Of a DNA stretch of 64,000 nt, positions 59,819 through 64,000 are shown one piece after another; position 1 is the stretch's first letter; each line of letters starts with the position of its first letter. The translations under genes and the position numbers were made by a program. The DNA is from the human T2T-CHM13v2.0 reference genome, Homo sapiens: NCBI RefSeq assembly GCF_009914755.1, contig NC_060929.1. One strand, 5' to 3'. The notes beneath the pieces are model-generated. The model was not told the DNA's origin. It was given only the letters and a program-made list of their open reading frames with translations, and did not search any database.

Positions 59819-62800
59819 ACTCCACCTTGACCTGTTGATTTTTTAATATCATTGGTGAATAATGTGATCAGTGGGTTGATGCAGCAAGTTAAGCCCTCAG
59901 CAATTTGAATGGGCTCTTGTTTGGGAAACTGATTTTAGTTTCTTAGTCTGTATTGGTGCTATCGCCTCCAAATGGGTAGATTCAGGAGTTAGGAAGTTGA
60001 AGCTTTTCTGCAGGGTCCCAACAATAGTAAAGAAATATTAGATGAACTATGTGCCTATGGTTGGATTTTCACCCTCTTTCCTGGTTTATGAACCTGCTGG
60101 AAAAGACACCTATGAGTCCAGCCATGTATTGACTGTGTGCCCTACTGGAAGAACCCATTGGGGACCAAAACTCTGGTAATTCACACAAGTCATTCACTTC
60201 TTTCTCTTTTGCATACTGAATGCTGGCTAGACTTCCACAATCTGAGAGCATTTGGTGTTGCCACTTTGGAAAAAAAAAAGATGTTTTTTGCAATTATAAA
60301 AAAAAGACAGCTGAATACCATGTTTTCTCATATTTAGAACAATGTTTCTTTATTGCCCTCTAAGAAAGCTTACTGTAGGCCCTCCAACCTTACCTCTGAA
60401 CATGCAGTGCTCCTCTACCCAGCACAGTATTTCATTGTTATGTCATTTCTAATAAAGGAAGAGGAAAATCTGGTGACCTTGTTCATGTTTAACTTGTGTC
60501 GAAACTTCAGGCCTCGGTATGGAGCCATCTTGTGTAAGTAGCTTTTTGTCCATTGCAGAAACACAGGAAAGCATCTCACAGGAGATTGTTGTTTACTACC
60601 GGGACATTTCAACCATCTTTCCTCCTATATTTGGAAATTGGATGTTGTCAGTAGAGAAGAATGGGGGTGGGGCCCAGTTTGACAAAACAAGTGAGGAAGG
60701 ATGAAAATATGAAAAGTATGGCGCCCCACCAGAGGTAGGGCCTGGAAAACAAGATGGCGCCTGTACGCTTGATGAGCCAGGTTGTCAGAGCTGGGAGGGG
60801 TGGGTCCTTTAATCTACCATGGGAGCTGGGCAGCACTTTCGTATTTAGAAAAGGGGTTGGCTCTGAATTTAGAGATTAAGCAACCTGCTGTTCCTGTATG
60901 CACTGGAATTTCAGACACAGTCAGAAACCTGATTTGCGTAACTGCTGAAACTCAACTGGAAACCAACCAGACTGAGGTCTGGACTCCCCAGGCCAAGGGG
61001 CAGTTAGGAATCAGCACGTGAGAAAATGTATTAGGCTTGCCCAAGAGGGAGTGGTGCTGTGTGGCCAGATGCAGTGAGGCGGGCTGTGGGGTGAAGGGTT
61101 GGCTTTGGGTTCCCAGAAGGCTCAGGCTGGAGGGTGAGTAACCTCTTCCTCTGCATGGGTAGGCAGTGTGTGTCAGAATTCTAAAACTACCTGGTACCAC
61201 ATGGTAGCACGTGGGACCTTTTTGCTTCTGAGCCATGCAACCAAGCTGGCTCCTAAAGAGACAGAAACCACCAAAGTCTAGTCACTTTGGCGTGCAAGCC
61301 ATGAGCAGCCCTTAACAAGCCAACTCATCTATACAATGTTGTGAGGGCTGAGTGTCCAGCCCAAAGCTGAAGCATCTGTCATCTCCCTTTGGCTATGGAA
61401 ACAAGGCTGGAATCAGACATCTATTTATCATTTTTTTCCTTATGGTGAATAGAATCAAAGACCAAGCCAGACGTCTGCATATATGCACAAAGTGTATAAA
61501 CCTAGAGGAGAGGAACAGCCAGACAAAATAAAAGTTATGATTCTGAATTCAAGAAAACTTGTGACCATGTCTATAAAAGGGAATCAATAATTTCGTGGCT
61601 CAGTGGCCAGCAGAGGATTCCTTTCTGTGGCTTTGTGTTTACATACAAGCTGTGCCCCTCTTAAGAGCTTTTGTAGGTGATATAGTCTCTCACTTCCAAA
61701 CATGAGTTCTTCACATTACCTACGGTGGCACTGGGGGTGGAGCACAAGGTCCCTCATGCCATGGAGATCCCGACTGGAGCCCTGCCTTTCCTTGGTGACG
61801 GGGGAACAAGATAGCAACATTCTCCCTCCATGGACATGGCAACTGTTCCTTGCAGCAGGGCATACCCCTTTGTGACTTCTTCTGTTGTCTTTGCTGTCCC
61901 TTGTAGGCCCATCTGCCCAGATTGCCTTCGTTAAGCACATGGGTGCCTCACTGGATAGCCACACTGTGACTCCACAGATGGCCTCAGCAGGGCACATTGT
62001 CAGCCCTGCACCATGAGGTCCCTGTACCACGAGTCAGGCCATGACAGCTGTTGACTTGGGACTCTAGATCTGCCTTCCCTTTCTTTCAGGATCTCTTCCT
62101 GTAGAATCAACCCAACTATATTTTACATGCAGCAGAGGAACTTGGTCCTTAAAGAGACCAAAAGTGACTCATTGGTAGAAGAGAAGGATCACCCTATAGT
62201 CTGTATTTTTGGTAATTTTGAGGTTTGGGGGTTGTCAGGTAGCCTAAAGCCACATACACCCAGACCATCTCTTTGCCTTTCTCATTTCAACACTTCCCAA
62301 ATTAGAAGATGGAAACCAAGTTGGAAATTGGCAGAGGAAGGTGAATCTGAGGAAGGCACGAAGTGGCCCTTGAGAATCCGTTTGGTAAAAAGTCTCTATT
62401 TCAGTGAGACACCTGAGACCGCAGGGGCAGAACATCAGTGCAGATGACTCCCAGTGAAGGGCAGATAAATGTTCTTGTGTTTATGTATTGTGTTTTTCCA
62501 AGGCTTGCCCTTTTAACAAAAACTTAAAATTCTTACAAACTCTCCTTCCCATCCCCATGCCCCCCCACCAAAAAAAAAGTGGTTCTGCAGTGAACAATTT
62601 AGATTTCCACACAAATCATAACAAAAATAGAAGACCACAAGCCATGAGGTGAGTGGCAGGAGATCCAAGGGTAGTGGAGCTGGTCTTCATTTGAATGGCA
62701 CAAATCCCAGAATTCATCATGGTGCTCTTTAATGGAATAGCAACCTTTTGCTCTTGCCTTTTGCACCAACATTTCTGCCCCTTTGGCAAAAGTGTTCATA

Positions 62801-64000
62801 TTTTCTCTTGCTGGCCACTTCCACCAGCAAGAAGAGGATCTGCTTTCCAAGGAGCCCCATCTTTGAGTTGCCAAATTCCACCTTCGCCATGAGTTTGCAA
62901 CACTTTGACTTCAGTTCCCAGACGACTGCCCATGGGATAGAGGCTTGACTTTTGGCAGTAAGCTGCTGGCTTTGGAAAACATCAAAGATATTTTATTGTA
63001 ACAGATGCAAGACAGTTTTGGCAGGGGAGCAATAAAGACCTGGAGGGGAAACAGAAAATTACATCTAAGTGCTGCAGGAAAGAAGGTGGCAAAAATAAAG
63101 GATGCAGTTTGGATTTGTAAAGCTAAGTCCTTTGCACAATCTGTTTTACAGGCTAGAACTTGCTTGACTTCAGTTTATCCCTCAAGTGAGTCAAGGAATG
63201 TTAGAATGAAATGCTGAAGCTGTGAAATGTACGTACTTGGGGACAACTTGGCGTTTGAGGATGTTATTGGGGTCCCACTGGCCCATCCAAACTTTGTGTG
63301 ATGAAAATCCTGCTGTTTTCATACTGCTGAGACATTAGATGCTCTTATGCCTGTGTCTAATTAGACATTTGTAACGAGTTTGTTAGGGTAATAGAAATTT
63401 AACTTCTCATCTTAAAAGTGAATGGATTCAGCCATTTCAGTAGAAGAAACATCAGTCTTCGCTATAGTCTCTGGTGGCTTCATTCATTACATTTGTTGCC
63501 ACTGGGATTTCAAAATGGGGATAGAATCTGCTGTCAGTTTTAGTATGTGTTTTGTTTTTTAATTCTGTGGGTTCTTCATCTACTCCAGAAACAACCTCTG
63601 GGTCACTCTAAAACCTAAGCAGTCTTGAAGCCAGGATCTCAAACCTTGCAAGTTAGTCACTATTCTAGGCCACATCACAGTGAATGATATAGCACTGATT
63701 TTTAAAATCGTTTTTACTCTGTGATTTACTATGATAGACTCTTGTTATCCACAGATTGACTCTGAAATCTGTGAGGTTTCCTCTGCTTTCAACCTATTTT
63801 CTTTTTTATGGCCGTATCTAACATGATTAGCCCTGGAACCAAGATAGGTGGAGAACTAGGTCAAGATGATAATGCAACTGACTAGTCTTAGAATGTTCAG
63901 ACTGCAAGGTTTAGAGATGTATTTTTTGGGTGACCAAACCTAGATAAAGAGAAGCTAAGTGTGAGTGCTATCCTTTGTGTGCTTATGGGCATGTGTGTGT

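Overview
This is primate (almost certainly human) non-coding genomic DNA. About 60 Alu elements or fragments are packed into the first ~57 kb, many nested, tandem or inverted. They sit among old L1 (L1ME/MB/MC/PB), MaLR solo LTRs (MLT1A/B, MSTA/B), MER3/MER20/MER58 DNA-transposon fossils, MIR/L2 and microsatellites. No exon of a functional protein-coding gene is visible, and almost all ORFs in the supplied track are repeat translations. Three landmarks are recognisable: (1) a full-length TPT1 processed pseudogene (29887-31012) split by an AluJ-like element; (2) a full-length TOMM7 retrocopy (44924-45361) with an intact 55-codon ORF, sitting inside an Alu poly(A) tail; (3) a 58-nt minus-strand stretch (57710-57767) matching my recollection of the hsa-mir-4279 stem-loop. 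From memory, not a database search, the miRNA plus the TPT1 pseudogene point to a large intron of PDZD2 at 5p13.3, with the host gene on +. I do not see convincing evidence of a new biological system. The best leads are the Alu-TOMM7 unit that lacks any Pol III terminator, several template-switch or repair scars readable directly from the sequence, and an Alu-depleted 7 kb block at the right end. Repeat subfamily calls and boundaries are by eye and approximate.
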